Below are positions 25,785 through 39,985 of a stretch of 64,000 nt of DNA, in pieces. The stretch is taken from positions 11,904,001-11,968,000 of the forward strand of contig OZ024750.1 of the NCBI GenBank assembly GCA_964016885.1. Reading direction: 5' to 3'. The translations under genes and the position numbers were made by a program. The notes below the pieces were generated by a model. It was not told where the DNA came from, did not search any database, and saw nothing but the letters and a program-made list of their open reading frames with translations. This DNA is from Eledone cirrhosa. Lineage: Eukaryota. The first letter of the stretch is position 1, and the number at the start of each line of letters is the position of its first letter.

Positions 25785-28700
25785 CATCATTGTTTTTATG
25801 TCCACTTTTCCACGCTTCCATGGGTTGGACGGGTCCTTCTCAGCACTGCATATTTCCACACGTCGTGATCCTTTGTCATCACCTCTGTGAGTTTGTGATT
25901 TGAGATCATCTCTCATAACCTCTGCCCAGGTCTTTCTTGATCTACCAAAGTGTAATATGAGAGAGGTTTGTCATGCTATTTCTAGCAGATTTAGTTACCA
26001 CATTGAAGCTTATTTGTCAGCTCTTGATGTTTAGAGAAGGGTGTGATTTAGTTGCAGTTTATAAGATGTTTTACATTCAGGATCTTGTTAAATACTGGTT
26101 TTGTATCATCAAATTATTCATATCCTGGTTTCTGGGAAAATCCTACCATAACAAACATCTTTACTGGTTGCATAACATCCATTGTATTTGTTCCAGCTTT
26201 TTCTACCCTCACTTCAAATTGTGCCAAGATTAACTTTGCCTTTCATGCTTTCTAGGTTGATAATACAGTAGGAGGGATTGGTAGGATAGGAAAAGATACC
26301 TTGTAGTATTTGATCTGGCTCTTTGTGTTCTTTGTTTTGGGGGTGTTTGACTTGGAATCTACTCTGTTGCAAGCGTTTGGTCTCAGTCTCCAGTTTAAAG
26401 ATAATCCACCTCCCGACCTCCCATCAGTCGTGGAAACTCTGTAAAAGAACGAGTTCTGGGTGTTGCCCCCCCCCCCCCCTGACTAAACAGTAAAAAAAAC
26501 AGAATATGTCGATAAAAAAATTGATAGAGTAAAAGTCTCATTTGATTTTAAGTTGTTATTCTCAAAATAGTAACAATCGTCTTGTAGTTTTTAAGAGCTC
26601 ATAAGTTCATCCTGTATTTAGATGAACACACTATATAGATATCTGCCCGTCTATAAATATGGCTTTCATTATTTGCACATCATAAATCTGTGCCATGTTT
26701 CTGTAACTTAAATAGAAGCCAGTGTTCTAATTTGGTTTAAAGTATCTGTTGAAAAGAACTTTTTATGGAGAGAGAACATCGGAAATGTAAAAGTCATCTG
26801 CTGCTAACTGCTGTGTAAATAATTCACTATTCATCTACCTACAATGGCAAACATTAAAACAAAGACTGTTTCACTGAAAATATTGACTTTTAATGAATGC
26901 AACAAACGACTACTTACTTACTGACTGACATTCAAATATATTTGAGTTTGCATTGCTGGGAATTGCTGTTCTAACAGACAAATAGATACAGAAAGTTGTA
27001 CTTTTCTAGAATGTGAACAATGCTTCAATTACCCCTGCTTCTCATGTGGGGGGAAATAATTAGGTCACACTTTTCTTTTAACTTACTTATTTACAATATT
27101 ATATGTACAATTAATTTGAAATAAGCCAAACTCTTAAATTTGATAATGGAACCAATAAATCTATTTGAGACACTTTTTTTGTTGTTACTTGTAAACTCTC
27201 TATTAAATCATGATTAGTATATATGTCTTCATATTACTGGCTCCATGAAGGCAGGCAAGCTGGTAGAAACAATAAAATCTTTGGCTAAATGTCTTTTAAT
27301 ATTTACTGCTATCTCCAAGTTGCTATTGTTTAGCCATAGCTTAGCCATAAGCAAGCTCAAATGGATTCTATCTCATTTTATTTATCAAGTTCTACAACTG
27401 CCCAGTGTGTGTCTTTTTTAGTTCAAGACTTTGGGATGTGATTTGAGAAAGATTTCATTGCTATTTGTAGCAGGTTGACCAACTACTTAGAGGTTTCCTT
27501 GTTGGTTCAGTTATCTCTTTGTTGTTGTTGAGCTCCAGGTTAGACCTGAGTAGGTAGATCTGGTGTTAACAATAAAGGGCATTTAGTCAGGACCATCCTG
27601 CCCTTTTAAAAATATATTTTAAAAGTTATTTTGGAATACATTATTCTATTTGTGTGTCTCTTTTTTACAAGAGAGTGTGGTATGATTTAAAGAATATTTA
27701 GCTGCTATTTCAACCACATCAATCAACCATGTACATTCAATGGTTCAGCTATCCTGCTGAATGATTTCCAATATAAAAAAAATTAAATCATTAAAACAAT
27801 AATATATTTAATACAACGACGAAAACCTAGTCACCTGTTTATTTCTGAAAAGATGCAGAAAAAAAGAAGAAAAATCTCATTTAATTGAAGCTTAAACAAT
27901 GGGTGGTACCTTATTGTAAGTGACATACAATAATTGACAATAGATATACTGAATAACAAATTTTGATAATGACTACTAACAAACACAGTTTTTATTTTGT
28001 ATTCTTTTCCTCACATTCAGAATACTTTATTGTTGTTGTTATATTTTCAACTCCAATTGGCAGAATTGGTAGTAAAATGCCATTGTGGTTTTTATTCCAA
28101 CTCTTGATATTTCGAGTTCAATTCCTGCTCAGTTCAACTTTGCCTATCATCTTTCCAGGGTTGATAAAATAAAGTAGAAGTCAAGTACTGGAGTTGATTT
28201 AATCCACTTTACTCTCCCCCAACTTTGTTGACCTTGTGCCTCAATCAGAAATCAATATATTTTTTTCTTTAATAGAACTTGCTGTCCTTTAAAATGTTTG
28301 TATTTATCTAAAAAATATCTACCATTATAATCTCAGTTCTGCCTATCTTGCTTTGTTTTTTTTCTGTCCTCATTAGTTAATTTGGTTCTACAAGCCATTT
28401 ATTTCTTGGAGTAGTTTCTATATTTTATTAAAGATTCTCTCTGTTATTGATTTCTACCATGTTCAATGCTAACAGTTGAACTACAGTTCGCAAGTTAATG
28501 TATGGATGTAGATATTGTTCAATGATTGAGAGATTCACTTTACAATTCTGAGATCTTCGGTCAAGACATCCTATGGATTGCACCTGTAATTCAAAGACCC
28601 AACCTAGTCTTTTATTGTGTTGCACTAATTTAACTTGAGATTTAGTTCAGGGTACACGTGACTGTGGAATACTATGATGGTCATTTTTATCTCATTGAAA

Positions 28701-29328
28701 GCAATTAATTTATGACCATTCAGTTCTGATTATCATAATTCCTAAGACTACATTGGTAACTTTATACATCAATGTTATGTTTATCACTTTATCTTGGTAA
28801 TCCTTTGTCAAACAATAATTGAACTGTGTATATGTGTGTGTGTATAATTATATGAAGAATGTCATTTACTTAGCGAACAGGAAATGAATAGTAGGTGTCA
28901 ATATTATGACATATGTATTTATCCTGAACTATTCATTCACAACTATGACTTAAAGGTGCACGGTTCAGTGGTTAGAGTGTTGGGCTTATAATCGTGAAGT
29001 TGTGAGTTTGATTCTCGGACTAGGCTGCGTGTTGTCCTTCAGCAAGACACTTTATTTCATGTTGCTCCAGTTTACTCAACATTCTCCATCTTGTCGGCCA
29101 GGACCCAGAGGTAGAGGGTTGGAAGTGGAGGATTCTCGTTTGGATATCAATTTTACACATGTTTTGAGTGCCTTTTTAATCTAAGCACCTAACTTCTTCA
29201 AATATTCCTACCAAATTCCTGTTTTGTGTTGTTGCTCTCATCACATTCTTACTTTGAAGATTTAGAAGTTAATTTGAGAACATTGATTAAATGGCTTTTT
29301 GTGTGCTTCATTGGTAACTCAGTGATAT

Positions 29329-29824
29329 TGTAGCAGAGTTGACTGGGATCTGTTGTAGCAGAGTTGACTGGGATCTGTTGTAGCAGAGTTGACTGGGATC
29401 TGTTGTAGCAGAGTTGACTGGGATCTGTTGTAGCAGAGTTGACTGGGATCTGTTGTAGCAGAGTTGACTGGGATCTGTTGTAGCAGAGTTGACTGGGATC
29501 TGTTGTAGCAGAGTTGACTGGGATCTGTTCTAGCAGAGTTGACTGGGATCTGTTCTAGCAGAGTTGACTGGGATCTGTTCTAGCAGAGTTGACTGGGATC
29601 TGTTCTAGCAGAGTTGACTGGGATCTGTTCTAGCAGAGTTGACTGGGATCTGTTCTAGCAGAGTTGACTGGGATCTGTTCTAGCAGAGTTGACTGGGAAC
29701 TGTTCTAGCAGAGTTGACTGGGAACTGTTCTAGCAGAGTTGACTGGGAACTGTTCTAGCAGAGTTGACTGGGATCTGTTCTAGCAGAGTTGACTGGGATC
29801 TGTTCTAGCTAGCAGAGTTGACTG
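29329..29824. repeat. 25-bp minisatellite, about 20 copies
   Basis: Unit tagcagagttgactgggatctgtt(g/c). Confidence 0.96.
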
Positions 29825-31168
29825 AAACTACTCGAGACAGTATTTCTACCTGAAAGTTATGCCATCATTAGCTCTGTCACTCAAACAAATTTCTTTCATG
29901 TTAAACCATGTTTATATCACAGGTAAATCTACCAGAACCCTCCCCCCACAGCATTTAGTATCTGAATTAGTATACTTGTCTTACCATTCCAATTCGCCCC
30001 CTATAAAACAGCTTTTCCCATTCTTTTACTTAAAAGTTCTACCCTTCTCATATTCCCCAGACAGCAGTAATATAGTTACATATGAAGAACACTATTGATT
30101 ACACCCACTTCACAGAACCTCCTCCCCCACTTAAGTGTTCACCATTCCAGTCATCAACCCCTCCTATATATTTGTTGTAGTATGCAATCTCTCTTCAGTA
30201 GTTTAATGTTTGTCCAGGAGCATTCCCAACCAGCTATGGTTACTTCTGAGGGTGGGAAGACGTGGACTTTGTATCATGCCACCATCCAGCTCGCGTCCTT
30301 TTTGACTGTGTGAGGAAGTTCTGTTGTGTGTTGGGGGGGGGGGGGTCCCCTTCCTCCCTAAAAAACTACATCAAACTCTGCCCTTCAGGGACTTTAAGGC
30401 TTTCGTTGGCTTAATTGTGGGAAATAAGATATAATTAAAAAAAAATCTTAGGGCAAATATATTGTTTATCTCTTGTGAAATTGGTCCTTATTAATAACTT
30501 AAAGGTTTAAAACTTTTTTTAGTCTCCTGTGTGTATGTGTGTGTGTTTATGTTCATGTGAGTAGTAAGTATATGTGTGTATTTCTATTTGGATGTGTTTT
30601 GGTATGTTTTGGGCGTGTACCCCTTATAAAAGATATAAACACTGTATTCACAGTAATACCAATAAATATATAAAGAATTACAAAGACAATAAAAACTAAA
30701 TCATTTACTAAGGCAGCAAGCAGGCAAGTTGGTTGCTGAAATAAAACCCACTAAATTTTTAAGAAAGTTTTATATTAGTGACATTTAGAGTTTCTTGTTA
30801 ACAAATGGAAAAAAAATGAAGACTTTCCTTGCACAAAAAAAAAAAAAAAAAAAGGGAAGTGTGATATGGAAAAAAATGTGTAGGGTACATTATTAGGGTA
30901 CATTGTTGGTTGTCAGATTCCTTCTTCTGTATTGGGGTTTTGTTGAGATGGCTTAGTCGTTTCGTACAGGCACACATTTTAAATGTTGTATAATAAGTTA
31001 CTATAAGCACCAATAACATACCGTAGGTACTTCTGTGTCTCTCTCACTCTACATTTCCTCCTCCTCTCTCTCCTCTTCCTTCTGTTACTAACTCTGCAAG
31101 GGAAGGAGATTGAAAGAGGGAGAGATAGAGAGAGAGATATATAGAATCCAGTTGCTCGCAGCTGTGGG

Positions 31169-31187
31169 ATGAGATACACAAATGCCG
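31169..31187 (+). CDS. FRMD4: Candidate alternative first coding exon (MRYTNA + phase 1) of a short FRMD4 isoform
   Basis: ATG preceded by an in-frame TAG (31142); strong CCG|GTGAGT donor; phase 1 matches the acceptor at 54394; lies in non-transposon, CpG-enriched, CT/GA-rich sequence. Confidence 0.5.
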
Positions 31188-31870
31188 GTGAGTGACTCCA
31201 CTTTTTTTTTTTTTTTTAGAGAAAAGATGGGAGTCGGGGTTGCGGGGTAAAAAAATGTTCAATATATATTTTACACTCCCCCGTACTCTATTGGCAAGAA
31301 GCCAGAGTTACATTAACAGAAACTTATATATATATTAGTCTTTTCTAGTTCCTTCCCTTACTGTTTTGTTTTAGATTAGTTATTTTTTACAGTCGTAACC
31401 AAAAGTTTTCTTGAACATTCCCTTAAAAAAAAAATAATAATAATAATAATAGTAAAAATAATAATAAGGGTGTTGTTGTTTTGGAAAGGGGAATGTCACA
31501 ATGAAGTTAGAGAGTTGAAGTTGATTTTTTTTTTCATCAACAAATCAAAACAAAAAAAAAAAACTAGACACACACACACAAATATCTGACACACATCACG
31601 TTGACCGCGACTACGCTGCCAGTTCACTTTATGGAATTAACTTAATTTAAACACCCGTCATATATATATATATATATATAAATATAAACATATATATATA
31701 TAAACATGTTGACAAACATTTATCGCCAGGGTAGGTACCGTTTGTTTTTAAAACTTCCAACCTAACTACACATTTTTCAATCTCGCACTCACGTCTCTTT
31801 CGTTTCTTTTCTCTCTCTCTCTATATATATCTCTCTCTCTCTCTCTCTCTCCTTCTTTCTCGTGTTTTTT

Positions 31871-31923
<53 letters not shown>

Positions 31924-32598
31924 TTCTTTCTCTCCCTCTTTCTCTCTCTCTCTATATATATATATATCTTTCTCTCTCAATCAACAAGTGATCATTGTTA
32001 GTTGTTTAATATCACCTATTTTATATTTTATATCACCGAAATACCTTATTAAAACTGACAATCCCACTATCCTGGTCCTGTATAATCAAATCTAGTTGGA
32101 ATATTTATATAATCTGGTGTTGGGGTCAGTTTTAAAGGAGATATAACTAAATAAACCTCTATAGAAATAGTCTATTACGTTTTTCGTTTCTGCTGGAGTT
32201 GAATGAAAGTCATAAAAAACACTAATAACATCTCTTCTTCGTTGGTTTAAAAATAATAATGAAATTATTGTGTACAGTGCTCAAGTGCACTGTGACTAAT
32301 ATGGCCATTATTATTATTATCACAAAGTACCAGTAATGCACTCTGTAATTGTTGGCCTAGTGTCTAAAGTAGAAACAATTGTCACTGACCTATATCGTCC
32401 TTATTGTCCTCTTAATGTAAGCCCTGTGTGGCTAATAAAGAAACAGTTATTTACGACCGAGGTTAGCTTTGCCTTTCATCCTTACGGGCGTCAATAAAAT
32501 AAAGTACCAGTAATGTACTGAGGTCGATTAATGGACCCCCCCCCCCCCAAGAAATTGCTGGCCTTCTACCTATGCTAAAAATCATTATTATAAACTTT

Positions 32599-32790
32599 GC
32601 CGGTGGATTGGCAGTATCGGTAGAGAGTCGGACGCCATGCTTTGACGCATAGAGTTAAGGCCCTTGCCATTCTAAGTTCAAATCCCGCCGAGGTTAACTT
32701 TGCCTTTCATCCTTATGGGGTCGATAAAATTAAGTACCAGTAATGCACTGGATAATTGCTGGCCTTGTGCCTATACTAGAAATCATTATT
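32599..32790 (+). mobile_element. tRNA-derived SINE with Meta-domain-like core; other copies 8805-9020, 16094-16272, 22210-22390, 25548-25736, 35797-35892, 56913-57090 (all minus), 28050-28250, 32455-32590 (plus)
   Basis: A-box-like TGGCAGTATCGG, B-box GTTCAAATCCC, core tttgcctttcatccttayggggtcgataaaat..agtaccag, (ATT)n tail. Confidence 0.8.
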
Positions 32791-32955
32791 ATGTAGAAGA
32801 GGAGAATGATTGTTATTATTAATAATGTTCATTTATACAACAGTTGAAAAGGAACTCAATACATGTATGAAAGTGAGGTCCGGGCGTGTATCTTCCACTA
32901 CTAACTTACCCTCCCTCCTGTTAGGCATGGCTTATAACAGCACTTTAGACATGTA

Positions 32956-33012
<57 letters not shown>

Positions 33013-33021
33013 CACACAATA

Positions 33022-33274
33022 TATTAATAAATGGAAACTATATTTATAAAACCATATTTATTTTATTATACATATTTCAAGGGCCACCAAGGCAAATTAT
33101 GGTGCGCTTTCATCAGATAAAATACAGATTTGTTTTATAAATAAATATTGACATACCCGGAAAAAAAGACAACCTTAACGGTTGGAGCTTCCTGGATAAA
33201 CTGTTGAGTGCTTTATTTCAGTTATAAAAATGTTTAAGCTTGTTGAATCCCAACAAATTAAATATAACCTCTGC

Positions 33275-33275
<1 letters not shown>
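33022..33275 (-). mobile_element. Penelope-like pLTR fragment with hammerhead motif (about 33058-33124)
   Basis: Near-identical inverted counterpart of segments in 55150-55390; flanked by (TA)n; CTGATGA...GAAATATGTATA on the minus strand. Confidence 0.7.
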
Positions 33276-33305
<30 letters not shown>

Positions 33306-33679
33306 ACGGAGTTGTGGTAAGGAACAAGATAGACCATAACGCACCAGAGTACTCAATACTTAGGGTAGTAGAGTGGGTAATAGGAAAATGTATGACCCCG
33401 ACGGCTTGAGCTCTGCCGTCGGGGTCATACATTTTCCTATATATATATCATTTTTTTTTTTTTTTATATGTATATTCGGATCTAGCTGTCGAAACGGCCG
33501 GAGCTCAGCCGTCGGGGTCCTGAATATTTTCATATATATACTATAATTAAATTTAGCAAAATACCAACAGCAACAAAACGTTTTCTATAAATCGTGTTGT
33601 TGTTGTTTTGAATGTTTTCCAAAATTCTTTCGAAGCACGTGAAAGAAAGGAATGGATTGGAATGTTTCATTTATTTCAC

Positions 33680-34153
33680 GTGTTGAGTGTTGAATGCTTG
33701 GTGTCGTTGAGTGTTTGGCGTGTTGAGTGTTTGGAGTGTTGAGTGTTTGGTGCCGTCGAGTGTTTGGCGTGTTGAGTGTTTGGAGTGTTGAGTGTTTGGT
33801 GTCGTTGAGTGTTTGGTGTGTTGAATGCTTGGTGTCGTTGAGTGTTTTGAGTGTTTGGTGCCGTTGAGTGTCGAGTGTTTGGTGTGTTGAGTGCTGAGTG
33901 TTTGGTGTGTTGAGTGCTGAGTGTTTGGTGTCGTTGAGTGTTTGGTGTGTTGAATGCTTGGTGTCGTTGAGTGTTTGGCGTTTTGAGTGTTTGGTGCCGT
34001 TGAGTGTCGAGTGTTTGGTGTGTTGAGTGTTTGGTGCCGTTGAGTGTTGAGTGTTTGGTGTGTTGAGTGCTGAGTGTTTGGTGTCGTTGAGTGTTTCGTG
34101 TGTTGAATGCTTGGTGTGTTGAATGCTTGGTGTCGTTGAGTGTTTGGCGTGTT
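33680..34153. repeat. Complex GT-rich tandem repeat
   Basis: Shuffled tgttgag / tgtttgg / tgtcgttgag subunits. Confidence 0.9.
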
Positions 34154-34373
34154 AGTTGTGTGACGAAATAGAATGAAAGGTAACACGGAAAGGAAAAGAC
34201 TAGCACGGGTTATCATTGTTATGCTCTGTATGGTGGGTCAATTTCAGTTTTCGTCCCTGTCATTCAATACGTCTCTCTCTCTCTCTCTAATCTGTTGAAG
34301 TGACACTGGGGCTGGACGGATATTACGGACAGTAACAGTTGAGGACTGGGGAGGCACATTCCGAGGAAGAGAA

Positions 34374-34449
<76 letters not shown>

Positions 34450-34453
<4 letters not shown>

Positions 34454-34843
34454 AAATAACAGGAGGCTGGACTTGTGTAAATCCTTGAAAGGTTTATTAT
34501 ACTATGATCATTTCAATGACCGGGTTCCGTATGAATCCGGTGATATCATCAGGTATTCGAAATATAATAAATTCATTCATTTATTATATTTCGAATACCT
34601 GATGATATCACCGGATTCATACTGAACCCGGTCATTGAAATGATCATAGTATAATAAACCTTTCAAGGATTTACACAAGTCCAGCCTCCTGTTATTTTAT
34701 TATAATAATTAACTCCGTACTCGCACCACCAACTACACAAACGAAGACGGTTGAGCTGCTTTACGTTGAGTACTCTCCATATTATTACATCAAGATTGAC
34801 CATACGGAATGACCAACTCTATCCAGTGGTGAACCTTCAAACC

Positions 34844-34846
<3 letters not shown>
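34450..34846 (+). mobile_element. Foldback element (arms 34450-34572 and 34579-34701) with 3' extension
   Basis: About 123-bp near-perfect inverted repeat between (TA)n tracts; CTGATGA...GAACCCGGTC degenerate hammerhead-like motif. Confidence 0.8.
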
Positions 34847-34879
<33 letters not shown>

Positions 34880-35076
34880 AACCTGTTAGTTTTTTCGTTA
34901 CTTTGGTATTGTGTGTTGGGTTTTGCCTACCACAATGTTCAATTTGTCAAGCTATTTAAACGTATGTTATTACACTAAGGACGTACTCTTATTGAGTGCT
35001 TTGCTAACTCATTCATATTGTAGGTCGACTTTGCTTGCCCACAGCCAAAGCTTCGATTTTACTAAGCTTCCACTTG

Positions 35077-35117
<41 letters not shown>

Positions 35118-36930
35118 TCCGCGGTGTCACAACAACAGACATTTGTTTGTGGTTAAAAATAATCTCTCCCTCATTTCTATTGTTTTCTATATTAGTCAAT
35201 AGTTATGAGATGGTATAACAAAACAAAACTATTTAGACTGATGCCATCAAGCCATTGGTCACACCACAACTCGGTTCAACTTCAGGGGGCGGGGTTTGTC
35301 GAGGGGAGGGGAAATACTTTTTTTATTGAAACATGAAAATATTATGATAGGGAGGTGGGCGGTCTAAATTACTTCATTTAGTTAATATTGATTGATTAAA
35401 CGCTAATTACTTTACTTCTCTCTCTCTCTCTCTCTCTCTCTCATATGAATGATTGTGAAAAACAAGGTTAGAAAAACAAGAAAACTAATTAAATGAAGAC
35501 CTGCAAGGGATTTTACTATATTACTGCCAGGAACCTGGCATCTTTAATACTACTGGTACAATTACTACTACTGCTGCTATTACTACTACTACTACTAGTG
35601 GGGATAACTTCTTAGAAACAATGTCACATATTTGTAATAGATGGGGACCTATTTATATTCAGTCGAAACCTGGAGGAGGAGAGAAAAACAAAATTGAAAT
35701 TAATGGAATTTGAACTCCAGAGATGAAAACCAAGGGGCCGAAATAGGTTCAGTTAGTCATTTAAACCATTATTTTAACAATGTTCCTGGTGATAATAATT
35801 GTTTCTACTTTTGGCACAAGGCCAGCCATAACCCAGTGCATTACTGGTACTTAATTTCATCGACCCCGTAAGGATGAAAGGCAAAGTTAACCGGGGGGGG
35901 GGGGTTTCCTGGTGATAATAATAAACAATATTTATAATATTTCTGTCTGAATAGTTTATAAATATAAATAAAAATTAAAGGGAAAGCTATTTGAAGAATT
36001 TACACTTCTTTACTCAATATTATGACAGAAGCTTAGTAAATATTTTAGTAATTAAAGTGTCCTCCGCTGTACACGCGCACCTGCTATAATAATTACGTAT
36101 ATGCTTCACAATACAACAACTCCGTCTAAAATCTAGATGGGGTGTGTGTGTGTGTGGTTGTGGTTTTGAAGTCTTCAAGGAATAATTAAAAATCAATTGG
36201 AGTTATCACTCCAATGTCTATCTGTGTAAATAAAATTGAACAGAATGTAAGAATTACGAGATAGACACATCTCTCTCTACACACACACACACATACACAC
36301 ACCTTCACATGACATTCTCTTAGATTAGATTATTTGCCTATTGGTATGCTGCTGTGTGACAGACAATTGTGGTGTCATGTGTAACAAAGTGACGTTTTGT
36401 TTTATTGTATGAATGTGTGCGTGTGTATACATTTATATACAAACACGTTCTGCCGTTCGTAAACACACAGACACACACGTATACATTCTCTGTGTATACA
36501 GACACTCTTTGCCATTCATAGACACACACACACACACGCGTGTGTATATAAACACTCTACCTTTCATAGACACAAACGCGCACACATACGTATGTATACA
36601 TTGTGTGTGTATACAAAAACACGCTCTGCCATTCATAAACACATGTATAGATTGTCTAATGCACACGTATACACTGTCACACATACCAAGTTGACACTAT
36701 AACTTATTGTATGTTGTGAAGTATTTGAAATGTCTTAGCTTCTAACATTAACACATTATGTTGCAGATCGCTTCTCCAGGATTATTATTGTAAGCCATTC
36801 ATTTATTTTTAATTGTGTATTTTGTCCTGATTCTAGTTTCTTTGTTAATGCTATTTATTTATTTTTAAAATATTTATGTCCGTTGTTTAGCTTCAATGGA
36901 ACTCTCATCCAGTTGACCTAATGATGTCCT

Positions 36931-37497
36931 TTTTAGCTGTGTCTATATAGGGTTTGTTTTAGCTGTCTATATAGGGTTTGTTTTAGCTGTCTATATAGGG
37001 TTTGTTTTAGCTGTCTATATAGGGTTTGTTTTAGCTGTGTCTATACAGGGTTTTTAGGGTGTCTATTCAGAGTTTGTTTTAGCTGTGCCTCTACATAGGG
37101 TTTGTTTTAGCTGTGCCTCTACATAGGGTTTGTTTTAGCTGTGCCTCTACATAGGGTTTGTTTTAGCTGTGCCTCTACACAGGGTTTGTTTTAGCTGTGC
37201 CTCTACACAGGGTTTGTTTTAGCTGTGCCACTACAGGGTTTGTTTTAGCTGTGCCACTACAGGGTTTGTTTTAGCTGTGCCTCTACAGGGTTTGTTTTAA
37301 CTGTGCCTCTACACGGTTTGTTTTAGCTGTACCATTACAGGGATTGTTTTAGCTGTGCCACTATAGGGTTTGTTTTAGCTGTGCCACTACAGGGTTTGTT
37401 TTAGCTGTGCCACTACAGGGTTTGTTTTAGCTGTACCTCTACATGGTTTGTTTTAGCTGTCTATACAGGGTGTGTTTAGCTGTGTCTATACAGGGTT
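36931..37497. repeat. 25-29-bp minisatellite
   Basis: Unit ttttagctgtgcctctacagggtttg with length variants. Confidence 0.93.
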
Positions 37498-38729
37498 TTT
37501 AGAGTGTCTAGTATTCGTTCAGTGTCCGTATTTGAGACAGTAATGGGGCGTATGTGGTTGAGCTGGATTTGGCTGCTGTTTCTAGCAGGCTGGAGTGATC
37601 ACATAGAGGCACGCTTGTTGATGTATTTTAATGTCAGGTGTCAGATGTGTGTGGAGATAGACGTCTGTCAATATAGACAACACACACACACACACACATA
37701 ACGCCACACACATACATATGTAATGCCATACATACACGTAATGCCACACACACACACACACACACACATTCACCACATTTACTTGGAAATTATCATTTTT
37801 TTTAATCTACAGAGGAATAATTCCTCCCTCAGACTGCCAATGTCCTCACCAATATGGCTAATGTTATCTTTATAAGTAGAAATGTTATTGCTGTTGGCCT
37901 TTGTCGTGTGGTGGTGGTTGTTGTTGGTGGTGATAGTGGTGGTAGTGGTGATGCTGTTGGTGGTGGTGGTAGTGGTGATGCTGCTGTTGGTGGTGGTGAT
38001 GGTGTTGTTGCTGTTGGTGGTGGTGGTGGTGGTGCTGTTGGTGGTGCTGGTGGTAGTGGGGGCTTGGTACAGTTAATGGTAATTTTGACATTCTCCTTAA
38101 GGACAGGGCTAAGCAAAGTGTTTTTGTAAGGAGAGAGGGGGGGGGGGACTTGTTGATTTATTTAGAGACAATGAATGTGACAGTGGTAACATGGATGCAA
38201 TCTGTGAATTTATATAAAGGAACTCACTTCCTCTCTCTCTCTCTAGGGAGTAAGTGGGCTAAGAAGGGCCATGTATGTATTAAACAAGTCTAGGAAGACT
38301 GTTGTTGTTTAGCTCTGATGGCAGTTATCTCTTTGGGGTCCTCATTCCCCCCAAACATTGTACATCTCATGTGTTCTTCTCTTTTTTTGTTATGACAGTT
38401 TGATGTGGTTTTAGTGAAATGTTGCTACTATTTCTAACGTGTAGATAGACCTGCAAAGAGCAATGATTCTTAACCAACAAGACACACCTCACAACTCCCC
38501 ACCGCCCTCTTGGAAAAACATTTGGTATTTAAACAAACGTGTGTGTGTCCCCCCCTTCCCTTCCTTCCCTATGGGTTGTACATCTCAATTTTAATATCAC
38601 TGGTTTACAGAAACTATTGCAGAAGAGGCTGAAGGCTGATATAATAACTTTATGTTGGCCTATGTTAAAGGAAATCTTCCCTCACAAAATACATAACATT
38701 CTGCATATTTTGATGGCTGATATGTCATC

Positions 38730-38915
38730 CTATATGTGTGTGTATGAGTTTGTGACACATTTTTTGGTGTCAACCTCATTACTTCAGTGTCCTTGGTCCC
38801 TGGATTGCTGTTTTCAGAGAAAGTCATGCCTGAGGAAGGAGCCCTGTGATGTGGGATGGCTGATGCAGCAAATATTGCTGGCTGTTCTCCATGGCAATGC
38901 TTTGGAAATATCTGT
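38730..38915 (+). mobile_element. Degenerate CRE-clade non-LTR retrotransposon C-terminal fragment
   Basis: EPCDVGWLMQQILLAVLHGNALEI resembles the CRE/RLE terminal motif (F/W)LxQRISxAxQRGNA. Confidence 0.45.
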
Positions 38916-39336
38916 TCAACCAAGAGTGTGGAGTTTGCCTCTACCCATTTCCTTCTTTATATAGCTATTTGGATCTAGCTGTTGAAACGGCAGGAGCTCA
39001 GCCGTTTGGGTCCCAAATTTTTCATATATATATATTCCCCCTCCTTTCTTTTCTTTCTTCTGTCTTCCTGTTTTTAAGTATATAGAACAGAACATGAAAT
39101 TTTGGATTAATAAAACTTTCTTTTTGACTGGTTTCTTTCCGGCGTCCTTCATCCACCCACCGGATCTTTTAGTGACGGGGGGGGGGGGGTTAGATATGCA
39201 TCAGAAGATTCCAGAATGGTGGGGTTTCTTAGTGAAAGACAATAAACATATCAAACTGGGTTAAATTTAGGTTGGTTTAAAAAAAAAAAAAAAATGACAT
39301 ACACACTATTCAAAGTCTGACCTAAAGGAGAGAAAG

Positions 39337-39985
39337 AGTCACGGTTCAGTGAACAGGCTGGATAGTCACGGTTCAGTGAACAGGCTGGATAGTCACGGTT
39401 CAGTGAACAGGCTGAAGAGTCATGGATCAGTGAACAGGCTGAAGAGTCATGGATCAGTGAACAGGCTGGATAGTCACGGTTCAGTGAACAGGCTGAAGAG
39501 TCATGGATCAGTGAACAGGCTGAAGAGTCATGGATCAGTGAACAGGCTGGATAGTCACGGTTCAGTGAACAGGCTGAAGAGTCATGGATCAGTGAACAGG
39601 CTGAAGAGTCACGGTTCAGTGAACAGGCTGAAGAGTCATGGATCAGTGAACAGGCTGAAGAGTCACGGTTCAGTGAACAGGCTGGATAGTCACGGTTCAG
39701 TGAACAGGCTGGATAGTCACGGTTCAGTGAACAGGCTGAAGAGTCATGGATCAGTGAACAGGCTGAAGAGTCACGGTTCAGTGAACAGGCTGGATAGTCA
39801 CGGTTCAGTGAACAGGCTGGATAGTCACGGTTCAGTGAACAGGCTGAAGAGTCATGGATCAGTGAACAGGCTGAAGAGTCATGGATCAGTGAACAGGCTG
39901 GATAGTCACGGTTCAGTGAACAGGCTGAAGAGTCATGGATCAGTGAACAGGCTGAAGAGTCATGGATCAGTGAACAGGCTGAAGA
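39337..39985. repeat. 27-bp minisatellite with two interspersed variants, about 24 copies
   Basis: cagtgaacaggctg(gat/aag)agtca(c/t)gg(t/a)t. Confidence 0.96.

Noticed and set aside
31022-31093. Possible minus-strand 72-nt exon (CAG acceptor, ACG|GTATGT donor)
   Set aside because: The acceptor tract is just the (GA)n microsatellite, the peptide is low complexity and no partner coding exons were found; the plus-strand first-exon reading is better supported.
34312-34334. TGGACGGA, a miR-184-like seed
   Set aside because: The rest does not match miR-184 and no convincing precursor hairpin forms.
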